A stretch of 64,000 bases of DNA from positions 18,434 to 82,433 of the IMG/VR virus record IMGVR_UViG_3300009183_000002; one strand, written 5' to 3'. The notes beneath the pieces were generated by a model. It ran no database searches, had not been told where the DNA came from, and saw only the letters and a program-made list of their open reading frames with translations. This stretch comes from a virus. Position numbers and translations under genes: made by a program. Shown here one piece after another: positions 44,237 to 53,602 of the stretch (the first letter of the stretch is position 1; each line of letters begins with the position of its first letter).

Positions 44237-45949
44237 ATGCAATTCCAACTCCCTGAAAACTTACAAGTCGAGTTACTTGCGTATGACCCAACGCTCAAGC
44301 AACTAGCTCGCACTACTAACTCAAAGACTAAATCAGCTAAGCCTAAGTTTCCACTGGGTCAACCCTATACTTTTGTACCAGAAGATGCAATCAAAGCATC
44401 ATTGGTACAAGATGCAATTGACTTGATCAATCCTGAGCCTGTCGAACGTAGGTGGCATGAATTCAAACGTGCTGTAGACACAAGTTTTAAAACCGTAAGT
44501 ATCTTGTATCACTATGAATCAGTATGGTATGCCGCATGGCTACCGCCTAAAGGTAAAGAACAAGACTATGTGTATGGCTTTGCCTTTGCATATAAAGATA
44601 ACAAGACTTCTAGGAATATGATCCCTTATGAATTAAACAGAATACAAGACACACAATTAATTCCACATGGCAAATCTAATTTCATTACCTATTCACGTGT
44701 TGTAACCAGACAAAATATTGTTGATGGTTATGACAGGCTCATGTCTCTGATACCACAGCTAGCTTGGAAGAAAGGTGGACAAATACGTGAATTAGTTAAA
44801 CGCTTCAACGATTCACTAGCAGAAACAATTCCTACATGGAATGATTCTCGTCATGGGATATTTGGACGCATCAAGAATTCAAGCTATGTTAAGTTACTTG
44901 AGATGGAACGTTACATACCAGAAGAAGACTGGCATACTTGGAAGCCTTCAGTTAATAATGTTTTTGCAATTATTGATGGCTTAAAAGGTGCCCCGTATGA
45001 TTACAACTGGGGTTACCACAAACCCATTCGTCACATCATTGACAAACCATTCTTTCGTAAATGGATTCAAACCAAGTGTGATGAAGTTATACTGCGTCTA
45101 AATGATACAGAAAATCAATCAGAGATGGTTGTTAAACATCCATGGAATCAAATCACTGTGTTGTTTGAAGCCATTGGTTATGTCAATCGTGTATGGCCTG
45201 ATTGTCCTGTTGATTACTACCAAACACATATCAATAATCTATTAGCTCTTTATAATCCACGCTGGCAATTCGAAGGTAACCGCGTAAGTAACTGGTTGAA
45301 TGAACACATGCCTGTTGCATCCTACTTTCACATAGTAGATAAACATGTTACTCAAGCTCCGGAGTTGACTAATGCTTATCGTATGACTAGTACTATCTCT
45401 AGTAGCACTGGGCTTACTCAGTATTACTTTACCGAATGGAAAGATACATTGCAAATGCTGCATAAAGTATTGTGTCACAGAGAAGAGAAGAATATCGAAA
45501 CACTAACGCCACCAAAGCGTTGGCGACTTACTGAGTTCCATGATTATGTACAAGCAGAAGCATGGAAGGTTGAGAATACCAATCACAAACTACCTCAAGA
45601 CCTATTCCCTGAACCTATCAAGTTGACGCTAGCTAACCAGGCTTGGACATTCATCCAACCTATTGATACACACCAACTAGCAGCATGGGGTCAAGCCGTA
45701 CGCAATTGCGTTGGTGATGCATCCAGCTATGCCGATGGTGTTCGTAAGAAGAAACATTTCATTGTCTTAGCAATGCTTGACAACAAGCCAACGTTCACTA
45801 TCCAACTGGAAGTAGACAAAGGCATGATGTCCGTCAAGCAGATTGTTGGCACATGCAATGCAAGACTTGATAGTGGCCAAGAGGTTTCCTACACACAAGC
45901 TTTTTCACAAGCGTTGAAGGTCCAGGAATCTAGGCTACAATCTGCTTAG
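44237..45949 (+). CDS. PcfJ-domain protein
   Basis: EFHD...L..WG...RNCVG...YA...FTIQL...QIVG.CN. Confidence 0.75.
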   Translation: MQFQLPENLQVELLAYDPTLKQLARTTNSKTKSAKPKFPLGQPYTFVPEDAIKASLVQDAIDLINPEPVERRWHEFKRAVDTSFKTVSILYHYESVWYAAWLPPKGKEQDYVYGFAFAYKDNKTSRNMIPYELNRIQDTQLIPHGKSNFITYSRVVTRQNIVDGYDRLMSLIPQLAWKKGGQIRELVKRFNDSLAETIPTWNDSRHGIFGRIKNSSYVKLLEMERYIPEEDWHTWKPSVNNVFAIIDGLKGAPYDYNWGYHKPIRHIIDKPFFRKWIQTKCDEVILRLNDTENQSEMVVKHPWNQITVLFEAIGYVNRVWPDCPVDYYQTHINNLLALYNPRWQFEGNRVSNWLNEHMPVASYFHIVDKHVTQAPELTNAYRMTSTISSSTGLTQYYFTEWKDTLQMLHKVLCHREEKNIETLTPPKRWRLTEFHDYVQAEAWKVENTNHKLPQDLFPEPIKLTLANQAWTFIQPIDTHQLAAWGQAVRNCVGDASSYADGVRKKKHFIVLAMLDNKPTFTIQLEVDKGMMSVKQIVGTCNARLDSGQEVSYTQAFSQALKVQESRLQSA

Positions 45950-46020
45950 TCCCCACAGACTTGCCAGCTTTAACTACAAAGTTAAGGCTGGCATTCAAAT
46001 GCAAATTAAACTAAGTTAAA

Positions 46021-46233
46021 ATGAACAAAGAACTGTTAGACCAAGCTTATTCCCTTTATACAAGGTTGTCCAAACAATGTTGGAACGCATCTTACAAGCA
46101 AGATGTGAATTTGTATGCTCGGTTAAAACCAGTTGAATCCAAAGCTTTAGATAGATATGAGCGGCGTTTTACAAAGTATAAAGCACATACTGAAACCCGG
46201 TCAGTCAACCATAACCAGGGAGCAAGTGTTTAA
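46021..46233 (+). CDS. Hypothetical protein
   Basis: ORF. Confidence 0.5.
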   Translation: MNKELLDQAYSLYTRLSKQCWNASYKQDVNLYARLKPVESKALDRYERRFTKYKAHTETRSVNHNQGASV

Positions 46234-47137
46234 TGATCTGTTTGCTCAAGCAGATAAGTCTAAACAATTTGTCATCGATCCTCAAGCAATTGTTACACGC
46301 CAAAATAACCCTGAATTAAACCAAGTATTACACCAAGCACAAGCATTTGCTCAACGTCAACTATCACAACAAGTCGATAGAGGTGCATACGAATTTGATC
46401 AGTTGCTTGGACGTGTAGGAATTACTTCTAATCTTTCTGAAACGCTTAAGTATCCAACAACTCACTATGTGTTAGAGCCTGGAGTTTATTACAAACGTCA
46501 ACACAAACTACCAACAAATCAAGTTCGCCCAACAACAGAATCACCTGGTGTGATCCAAGAGTTTATTGGATTTAAAGATACACCCATGATGGATTGGGAT
46601 GTTGCTGGTCCGTACCATGCAGAAAGGAATGCAACCATTCGACATCTTGGTGATGTAGAAGACCGCATTCAAAATTATCTTAAACAAAATCCAGAAACAA
46701 CTTTAAAACTTTACCAATCACCAGGAGGCTATCGTGCATTTGATTTAACAAATAGACAATCACCAATTGAATACAATCCATCTTTTGAATTATTAGATGT
46801 TGATCCAGACTATCGTGTTATCTCTCAACAAAAACCTGATGTATTAAAGTACCAAGGATCAATTGCAGTTAATGATACCGAAAGATTCAATTCAAGAATT
46901 AATCCTAAGGTTGGACGAGTAGATTGGGTTGCTCAACCCATTGCTGAAATTGCTGGAGCAAATGCAACCGTAGACCCTACAAGCATTAGACGTGTGCGTA
47001 TGTATCACGACGAACCTATTCAGCAAAACTTTTTAACAGGCGTTGCGCAAGCCGCAGGTTTTAATAAACTTAAAGAAAATTTACCAACCGCATCTCAGTT
47101 TTTACAAAAACAAATCCAGGCATACCTCGGTTTATAA
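46157..47137 (+). CDS. Hypothetical protein with AEP (primase-polymerase)-like motifs
   Basis: MMDWD, LYQSPGGYRAF, VDPDY, RINPK in AEP-like order. Confidence 0.5.
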   Translation: MSGVLQSIKHILKPGQSTITREQVFNDLFAQADKSKQFVIDPQAIVTRQNNPELNQVLHQAQAFAQRQLSQQVDRGAYEFDQLLGRVGITSNLSETLKYPTTHYVLEPGVYYKRQHKLPTNQVRPTTESPGVIQEFIGFKDTPMMDWDVAGPYHAERNATIRHLGDVEDRIQNYLKQNPETTLKLYQSPGGYRAFDLTNRQSPIEYNPSFELLDVDPDYRVISQQKPDVLKYQGSIAVNDTERFNSRINPKVGRVDWVAQPIAEIAGANATVDPTSIRRVRMYHDEPIQQNFLTGVAQAAGFNKLKENLPTASQFLQKQIQAYLGL

Positions 47138-47203
47138 GCTACAATCTGCGTAGTCCCCACAGACTTGCTGGCCTTAGCCTCGACACTAGGACCAGCACCA
47201 CCT

Positions 47204-47470
47204 ATGACTGAACCATTCACCAAGCACACAGATCAAGATCATGAGCACCGTAACATAACATTGGAAGAAGAACAGCTGCTAGCAATGGCACTGGCAAATC
47301 TTGGTGAGTACATACATGACAACTCACCTCACTACGTATTGATAGAAGATCCTCGCAATGAGGATGACTACGATACATGGGCATATGGCTGTGAGCCATT
47401 GCCACAAGATCACACTTGGCATTCAACGTCAATAGACGTAGATGTGAGTCCAAGTACGGGAGCGTGCTGA
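47204..47470 (+). CDS. Hypothetical acidic protein
   Basis: ORF; start moved to ATG 47204. Confidence 0.6.
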   Translation: MTEPFTKHTDQDHEHRNITLEEEQLLAMALANLGEYIHDNSPHYVLIEDPRNEDDYDTWAYGCEPLPQDHTWHSTSIDVDVSPSTGAC

Positions 47471-47543
47471 AATTAGTAAACAGAACGCACTTAAAATGCG
47501 TCGGTCTTTGACCTTGCAGGTGCAAGTCCTGTCGCTCCTACCA
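47458..47543 (+). tRNA. trnL: tRNA-Leu(UAA), CCA encoded
   Basis: GGGAGCG/CGCTCCT acceptor, ACGCA-CTTAAAA-TGCGT anticodon arm, long variable arm GGTC-TTT-GACC, GCAGG-TGCAAGT-CCTGT, ACCA. Confidence 0.85.
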
Positions 47544-47563
47544 ACCATCACACATTTAACTCA

Positions 47564-47926
47564 ATGGAAATCTTTGCTTGTTTTAAAAACCTAATCCCAA
47601 CCGTACATGCGTATCAAGATTCTGATCAGCGTTACAACGTTGGTGCTACATGGACTGCAACAGATGGGCTACAAGACTATCACAATGTTGAACTCAAGTA
47701 TGTTCGTAACTCAGAACGTCTTGCGCTCCAAGGCCAACCACAACCTGACGGTAGCTGGGTCTATGTAGAACCTAATGGTTGTGTACATACCATTAACGCT
47801 GAACGAGCTAAGCACTTCATGGAAAAGACCCGTGAACATGCCAACATCATGTGTGACATGATTGACAAGCTACGCGATGCAGGCGTAATGGATGACATAC
47901 TAGACACCAGCGCTCAAGCAGCGTAG
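47564..47926 (+). CDS. Hypothetical protein
   Basis: ORF. Confidence 0.65.
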   Translation: MEIFACFKNLIPTVHAYQDSDQRYNVGATWTATDGLQDYHNVELKYVRNSERLALQGQPQPDGSWVYVEPNGCVHTINAERAKHFMEKTREHANIMCDMIDKLRDAGVMDDILDTSAQAA

Positions 47927-47974
47927 GATCAACACTACATCCTCTGGCCCCAGTGCAAGCTGGGGTCTTACCTC

Positions 47975-48316
47975 ATGACAGAAGATCAATTCATTGACCA
48001 TGACTTAGTTAACCAAGTACTCGAACACATTCCTCGCTTTGCTTGGACAATAGTGCGTGATGCAATCATCACAAACTTAGTTGATAGTATGCCTAGCGAT
48101 GTTGTTAAACGTTTAACTGGAGATCCAGAAAACTTTGATCGGGCTGATGAAATCCTCCAGGATTACTACAAGCCAGATGAACGCAAGTTTAACTTGATTG
48201 AAGATGCATTCAAGCTTCTTGGAGAAGAAAACACTATGTATTTACTGGATGGGTTACAGCTTGACAAGCTTGTTCCACCTGATGACAATGCACCTTGTTC
48301 TACTGATCCACAATGA
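47975..48316 (+). CDS. Hypothetical protein
   Basis: ORF. Confidence 0.65.
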   Translation: MTEDQFIDHDLVNQVLEHIPRFAWTIVRDAIITNLVDSMPSDVVKRLTGDPENFDRADEILQDYYKPDERKFNLIEDAFKLLGEENTMYLLDGLQLDKLVPPDDNAPCSTDPQ

Positions 48317-48663
48317 GATGCCGTGCATGCAACAGTATTAACACTCGTGTTACTTCTACTGACCGCCAAACTAAAAATGTAACGTTTCGTTATTGTCGTT
48401 GTTTAGATTGCAAAGCACACTATAAAACAATTGAAAAATATGAAATACCTAAACCAGGTCCAGAACCAGATAGTGTTACACTTGTCAATCCTTTTGGAGT
48501 TGGTTCAGCAAATCCTCAATCAGTCTTGCTTGAGTCCAATGTAATAAAACTTAGGCATATGCATAAAAAAGGAATGAACCAACGGCAACTTGCAAAAATA
48601 TTTGGTATCAGTAATCAAACTGTATCTCGTATAGTAAACCGCAAAATCTGGACTCATGTCTAA
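48313..48663 (+). CDS. NrdR-like zinc ribbon plus C-terminal HTH
   Basis: MRCRACNS..TRV......RYCRCLDC...YKT.E; QRQLAKIFGISNQTVSRIV. Confidence 0.75.
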   Translation: MRCRACNSINTRVTSTDRQTKNVTFRYCRCLDCKAHYKTIEKYEIPKPGPEPDSVTLVNPFGVGSANPQSVLLESNVIKLRHMHKKGMNQRQLAKIFGISNQTVSRIVNRKIWTHV

Positions 48664-48958
48664 AGCAAATCCACCTCGGTTCAAAACTGGTGATCGCGTA
48701 GCTGAAAAGCCTAAGCCCACCTATATACAAACAAAAGACAAAGCAACAAGTGATCGTATTGCACAGTACCGAGTACAACGCTTAGGTACAGTCACTGGTT
48801 ACATTTACAAAACTTCACGTACTGGAACTAGATCTCCATATGTACAGGTACAGTGGGATCACCTTGCATCACCATGTACCCACGCTCAATGCAGGTTATG
48901 TTTTGAGTGTGAGTTACCTATTGTTCAAGCAACCTACTGTGAATCAATTACACCATGA
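48656..48958 (+). CDS. SH3-like hypothetical protein
   Basis: FKTGDRV...GTV...YVQVQWD. Confidence 0.55.
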   Translation: MSKANPPRFKTGDRVAEKPKPTYIQTKDKATSDRIAQYRVQRLGTVTGYIYKTSRTGTRSPYVQVQWDHLASPCTHAQCRLCFECELPIVQATYCESITP

Positions 48959-49317
48959 CTAACCCCGACTTCCGCGCCCTGTGCGAAGAGCTGGTTGATT
49001 CAGTTGAGCTGCTACTTGAAATGAGAGCAGTTGACGCCAAGCCTATGGCCATCACTGAGGATCGCGTTTCCCGAGCCCGCGCCGCCCTGGCTGAGCAGCC
49101 GGTGTGGCCGCCCATGCCAGTGCCTGGTGATGCAGAAGGGTTGGCCGAAGTGTTCTGGAACCGTTACGACCAGCCCGAGCCGGTGGCGCCGACGAATGAG
49201 GAGCTGATGGACCTGGCCGAGGAGGCATGGGTTCCGTTCGCCAAGTCACAGCCTCACCCGCAAGGTCATCCGTGGGATCTGGTACTAGCCCGCGCCGTCC
49301 TTGCCCGCTGGGGGTAA
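48955..49317 (+). CDS. DFRALC-family hypothetical protein
   Basis: DFRALC.EL...RARAALA...ARAVLARWG; GC-rich. Confidence 0.65.
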   Translation: MTNPDFRALCEELVDSVELLLEMRAVDAKPMAITEDRVSRARAALAEQPVWPPMPVPGDAEGLAEVFWNRYDQPEPVAPTNEELMDLAEEAWVPFAKSQPHPQGHPWDLVLARAVLARWG

Positions 49318-49319
49318 CC

Positions 49320-49610
49320 ATGACGAAAGTTTCTCCAGAGGCTGTCCGCGACATTCTCTTGTCGCCAGATAGTCCCAAAGCAACAGCTCAACGACACAAC
49401 ATCTCGCGCCATACTGTGGAGCAGATATGGTTTGGTGTTGGCCACAAGAAAGTATTTCCTGAAATCCCTAGGCGAAATTCTGTTGTTACACATTCTTGCG
49501 AACGTTGTGTTATGTGGCTTAAGGGTAAATGTTCGCTTGACTTTCCCGAACCTGAACAAAATTTATTTTTTGCTAAAGAATGTAATATTTTCACTGAACT
49601 TGTGGCTTAA
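49320..49610 (+). CDS. HTH plus Cys-cluster protein
   Basis: AQRHNISRHTVEQI; SCERC..W...CSLDFPE...AKEC. Confidence 0.65.
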   Translation: MTKVSPEAVRDILLSPDSPKATAQRHNISRHTVEQIWFGVGHKKVFPEIPRRNSVVTHSCERCVMWLKGKCSLDFPEPEQNLFFAKECNIFTELVA

Positions 49611-49633
49611 ACTTTATTCCCGTACGGGACAAT

Positions 49634-49660
49634 GGACCTGAGATGTCCTTAAACTCATTC
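49634..49660 (+). ncRNA. H-type pseudoknot element, copy 4
   Basis: GGACCTGAGATGTCCTTAAACTCATTC. Confidence 0.6.
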
Positions 49661-49682
49661 ATTAACTTTACTTATCATTCAA

Positions 49683-49904
49683 ATGCAACTTACTCCACTT
49701 CAAACTGATTGTGTTATAAAGCTAGCCGAAGCTGATGTCCGTTCTGCAGACACTATGCTTGGCTTGCTTTTGTTAGAAGGTATTCGATTCTTTTACTGTG
49801 ATAGCGAACCAGTTAATTCTATTAATAATAGCGATTCAAATCACCAGGTATTAAAAGAAATGGCTGATGCACTTAACAAAGAAATCCACAACAACCTCAA
49901 CTGA
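49683..49904 (+). CDS. Hypothetical protein
   Basis: ORF. Confidence 0.55.
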   Translation: MQLTPLQTDCVIKLAEADVRSADTMLGLLLLEGIRFFYCDSEPVNSINNSDSNHQVLKEMADALNKEIHNNLN

Positions 49905-49910
49905 ATTCAA

Positions 49911-50693
49911 ATGAAACTCCTCAAGTTTGCTACAGGAAACGCCAAGCTTTCTAAGCGTCTTATCTTTTCATTACCAGCTGGATACTCATGTCCTTGTGCT
50001 GGTGTTTGTAAAACTTTTGCAGACCGTACCACTGGTAAGATCACTGATCTACCGCAATACACCGGCACAGTTGCAGATGAGTTCCGTTGCTTTGCAGCCA
50101 TGGCAGAGGTACGTCCTAACGTACGTGAAGCTCGTTGGCATAACTGGGATTTGATTCGTGAAGCTATCTATTCCACCGAATCAGATACCAAGAAACAACT
50201 TAATGTATTGACAGGTGTTATTGAAATGTCTCTTGCTGTACAACCAGTACTGGACCTTGTCCGTGTACATGAGTCAGGTGATTACTACACAGAGCTGTAC
50301 ATGCATGCATGGATGAATGCTGCCAGGAATTTTAGTAACATGACGTTCTATTCGTTTACTAAATCCCTTGGCATGTGGTACAACCTACGCAAGCATATGC
50401 CTAAAAACATGTACTTCACTGCATCATATGGTGGTGTACTTGATTCAATGATTGCTCAATACCCAAGGACATTCAAGCGTTATGCCCGTGTGGTATACAC
50501 AGAGCAAGAAGCTATTGACTTTGGGCTTGAGATTGATCATGATGACAGTCACTGCTTAGGTGACAAGCCATTTGCATTGTTAGTGCATGGTAGCCAGCGT
50601 GCTGGATCAGAAGCTATGGCTGCATTAACGCAACGTAAAAAAGCTGGTGGATTTGTTGGTTACAACAAGTCAAACCAAAAGGTTGCAGCCTAG
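49911..50693 (+). CDS. Gp88-like (radical-SAM-like) protein
   Basis: GNAKL...FSLPAG.SCP.AG.C...CFA...RVHESGDY...FYSFTKS. Confidence 0.75.
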   Translation: MKLLKFATGNAKLSKRLIFSLPAGYSCPCAGVCKTFADRTTGKITDLPQYTGTVADEFRCFAAMAEVRPNVREARWHNWDLIREAIYSTESDTKKQLNVLTGVIEMSLAVQPVLDLVRVHESGDYYTELYMHAWMNAARNFSNMTFYSFTKSLGMWYNLRKHMPKNMYFTASYGGVLDSMIAQYPRTFKRYARVVYTEQEAIDFGLEIDHDDSHCLGDKPFALLVHGSQRAGSEAMAALTQRKKAGGFVGYNKSNQKVAA

Positions 50694-50732
50694 TAAAAAT
50701 GTAGTAGTATCTGATCGTCTTGTTACCGCAAC

Positions 50733-50966
50733 ATGTCTTACGTCATTGCGTGTTACCAGGATGGCATCCCGCATGCCATCTCGGCCAACCGTCAATCCAA
50801 TGCATTTGAATTGGTACCACTCGATTCAGATACTGCTCTGAATAAAATCTTCTCTCATCCTTACCGTGCGGGTGCACAACAAATCCTGACTTGGATCAAT
50901 AAAAATGACGCAGCCCTTGCCGGTAATGAATTCGAAGTTTGCGACGAAGCCAAGTTCCGCAAATGA
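50733..50966 (+). CDS. Hypothetical protein
   Basis: ORF. Confidence 0.6.
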   Translation: MSYVIACYQDGIPHAISANRQSNAFELVPLDSDTALNKIFSHPYRAGAQQILTWINKNDAALAGNEFEVCDEAKFRK

Positions 50967-53550
50967 ATCTTGGTTGATCTTCGATTGTGAAACCAACGGG
51001 CTTTATGATCAGGCAACTGTTGTCTATTGCATTGTTGTATATGACATCACAAAGCAACAAACTTTTACTTATGGGCCTGACAGCATTACTGCTGCTCTTG
51101 CTCATCTGGCAGCTGCCGATGTACTCATTGGCCACAATGTAATTTTTTATGACATACCAGTTTTACAAAAGTTACACAACTTTCAACACAACGCACGTGT
51201 CTTAGACACACTCATCTGTACCAGATTGATCTGGCCCAAAGAACTACTCTATGAACTTGATACAGAACAATATACGGAAGTTCCACCGAAGTTACGTGGT
51301 TCTGCCGGACTCAAAGCGTGGGGTTGGCGACTCGCTGATCACAAGATTAACTTCAAAGATTTCTCGCACTACTCAGAAGAAATGCTGCAGTACTGCGTCC
51401 AAGACGTTGAGGTTACAAAGAAACTTTGGGAACACATTTGCAAACAAGACTATCCAGAACCTGCACTCAAAGTTGAGCACGACTTTGCCTTGGCAATTAA
51501 TAAACAAATTAGAGCAGGCATTCCTTTTGATGTGGATGCAGCTCTTGATCTTGTGGATGTGTTACGAGCAAAGCAAGCAGACCTCGAAAGTCAACTGAAA
51601 CAAATCTTCCCACCTATTGAACACAGCGATTGGTTCACGCCAAAAGTAAACAACACTACCCGAGGTTATGTCAAAGGAGTTCCGTATGAAAAAATTCGAA
51701 TCGAAGAATTTAATCCTGGATCTCGTCAACAAATTGTCGATAGGCTCAAGTCCAAGTATGGATGGCAACCTGAAAAGACAACTGAAAAAGGAAACCCAAT
51801 CCTTGATGATGAGGTACTTGAACGATTGCCTTACCCAGAAGCAAAGCCTTTAGCGGAATACATGCTAGTCAAGAAACGACTAGGTCAAATTGCAGATGGA
51901 AACAATGCTTGGCTCAAGCTTGTTAACAATGAAGATGGTCGCATGCATGGTGATGTAGTTACTAACGGTTGTATTACCGGGCGTTGTGCGCATCGATTTC
52001 CAAACATGGGTCAAGTTCCAGCAGGTTATTCACCCTATGGACATGAATGCCGCAGTCTGTTTCATGCGCCAGACGATTGGAATCTTATTGGTATTGATGC
52101 AAAAGCATTAGAGCTACGTTGTCTTGCTGGATATCTAGCCCTGTGGGATAACGGTGAATATGCTTCTATGGTTATCAATCCTGAAGTAGATATCCATAGT
52201 TACAACCAAGAACAATTTGGTGTGGCTACCAGGGATATTAGTAAACGTTTACTGTATTGTGTACCCGTGGATAGTACTCAAGTACTTACAAAAACAGGAT
52301 GGAAAAAATATGAAGAATTAAACATTGGAGAATTAGTGTTGACTTATAACGAAGAAAAAGAAATTAAAGAATGGAAACCTATTCTTGAAATTATTAACGC
52401 ATATGAAGATGATGTTTGGCAGATGCAACACAACCATTCTTTTTGTGTGCAGTCAACCTTAGAACATCGTTGGTATGTTAAAAAACGTAAACGAAATAAC
52501 AGTGCACAATGCGGATGGGAAACTGGAAAAAACTATATGCTTTCCAAAGTAGAAACCACTGCTGAAATCAATACTGAATCAAACATTATTGTTAACGCTC
52601 TTTTAATAGAAGAAGAACATGAAGGCATTGAAGTTGATTGGACATGGCGCAAATACAGAACAAATTGGACAGAAAAAATATTACAAATGAATTCAAAACA
52701 ACGCAAAGCTTGGTTGTCAGGTTTTTTGTTGGCAGATGGTTTTCAATCTTGTAAACCAAACCAAAAAGAAAAATGGCATTGGACACAAGTTCGCAATGAA
52801 CACTATGAAGCAGCGTTACTAGCAAGTTATCTTGAATTTCCTGGCGTTATTCATGTTTCAAAGCCACGTCTAAATCCCAGTGGAAAAACGCAAATGCATG
52901 TAAGCATTGCAAATAAAGGACATGTAACAGGACAGAAGCTACAAAAAACATATGTTGGCCGCAAACAAGTTTTTTGTATTGCAACTGAAAATAAATCTTT
53001 TGTTATGCGCCAAGGTGATTGTATTACCATTACTGGAAATTGTATTTTATACGGGGGTGGTGCAGTTAAAGCAGGTACAATTATTGACCCGGATGAAAAA
53101 AGTGAAGTAGTTCTTAGGAAACTAGGAAGTACTGCAATTAATTCATTCATGAAAGGTGTGCCTGCACTTAAAAAACTAAAACAACAACTGGAGGAAACTG
53201 TTGGTACTCGTGGTTATCTTATCGGCCTTGATCGTCGGACGTTACATTGTCGTTCCGCTTTTAAAGCATTGAATGTTTTATTACAATCATCAGGAGCAAT
53301 CTTGATGAAACAAGTTGTTACATTCACGCAACGTAACATTGAACAAAACCTTGGCTTGGTGCACGGCCAGGATTGGGAGCAACTCCTAATGGTGCACGAT
53401 GAAATCCAGATTGCTTGCAAGCCTCAACACACCGAAGTAATTCGGGAACAGGCTATGATGGCATTCCCTCAGGCCCAGGAGTTCTTTGGCTTCCGTTGTC
53501 TTATTGAAGGTGACAGCAGAGTCGGGCACAACTGGTCAGAGACTCACTAA
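50905..53550 (+). CDS. polA: Family A DNA polymerase (T7 gp5-like, 3'-5' exo) with intein
   Basis: Exo FDCETNG, GHNVIFYD, YCVQDV; TGR; motif A IDAKALELR; motif B K..LY|CILYG; motif C VHDE. Confidence 0.95.
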   Translation: MTQPLPVMNSKFATKPSSANESWLIFDCETNGLYDQATVVYCIVVYDITKQQTFTYGPDSITAALAHLAAADVLIGHNVIFYDIPVLQKLHNFQHNARVLDTLICTRLIWPKELLYELDTEQYTEVPPKLRGSAGLKAWGWRLADHKINFKDFSHYSEEMLQYCVQDVEVTKKLWEHICKQDYPEPALKVEHDFALAINKQIRAGIPFDVDAALDLVDVLRAKQADLESQLKQIFPPIEHSDWFTPKVNNTTRGYVKGVPYEKIRIEEFNPGSRQQIVDRLKSKYGWQPEKTTEKGNPILDDEVLERLPYPEAKPLAEYMLVKKRLGQIADGNNAWLKLVNNEDGRMHGDVVTNGCITGRCAHRFPNMGQVPAGYSPYGHECRSLFHAPDDWNLIGIDAKALELRCLAGYLALWDNGEYASMVINPEVDIHSYNQEQFGVATRDISKRLLYCVPVDSTQVLTKTGWKKYEELNIGELVLTYNEEKEIKEWKPILEIINAYEDDVWQMQHNHSFCVQSTLEHRWYVKKRKRNNSAQCGWETGKNYMLSKVETTAEINTESNIIVNALLIEEEHEGIEVDWTWRKYRTNWTEKILQMNSKQRKAWLSGFLLADGFQSCKPNQKEKWHWTQVRNEHYEAALLASYLEFPGVIHVSKPRLNPSGKTQMHVSIANKGHVTGQKLQKTYVGRKQVFCIATENKSFVMRQGDCITITGNCILYGGGAVKAGTIIDPDEKSEVVLRKLGSTAINSFMKGVPALKKLKQQLEETVGTRGYLIGLDRRTLHCRSAFKALNVLLQSSGAILMKQVVTFTQRNIEQNLGLVHGQDWEQLLMVHDEIQIACKPQHTEVIREQAMMAFPQAQEFFGFRCLIEGDSRVGHNWSETH
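52258..53040 (+). mobile_element. 261-aa intein in polymerase motif B
   Basis: Starts CVPVDSTQVLTKTGWK, T.EH block B, WLSGFLLADG, ends TGN followed by Cys+1; AT-richer than flanks. Confidence 0.9.
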
Positions 53551-53555
53551 AGTTT

Positions 53556-53582
53556 CGTCCTAGGCAAGACGCTAAACTGCTT
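53556..53582 (+). ncRNA. H-type pseudoknot element, copy 5
   Basis: CGTC/GACG; AGGCA/TGCTT. Confidence 0.6.
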
Positions 53583-53602
53583 TTAAATAACCATCTGAAC
53601 TA

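Larger units (their letters stand above)
45934..47168 (+). mobile_element. 1.2-kb insert bounded by 31-bp direct repeats
   Basis: GCTACAATCTGC(T/G)TAGTCCCCACAGACTTGC at 45934-45964 and 47138-47168. Confidence 0.55.

Noticed and set aside
47946-47968. GGCCCCAG-TGCAAG-CTGGGGTC hairpin as a sixth tRNA mimic
   Set aside because: Loop is 6 nt, closing stem is weak and the downstream ATT module is absent; it may be a simple stabiliser or terminator
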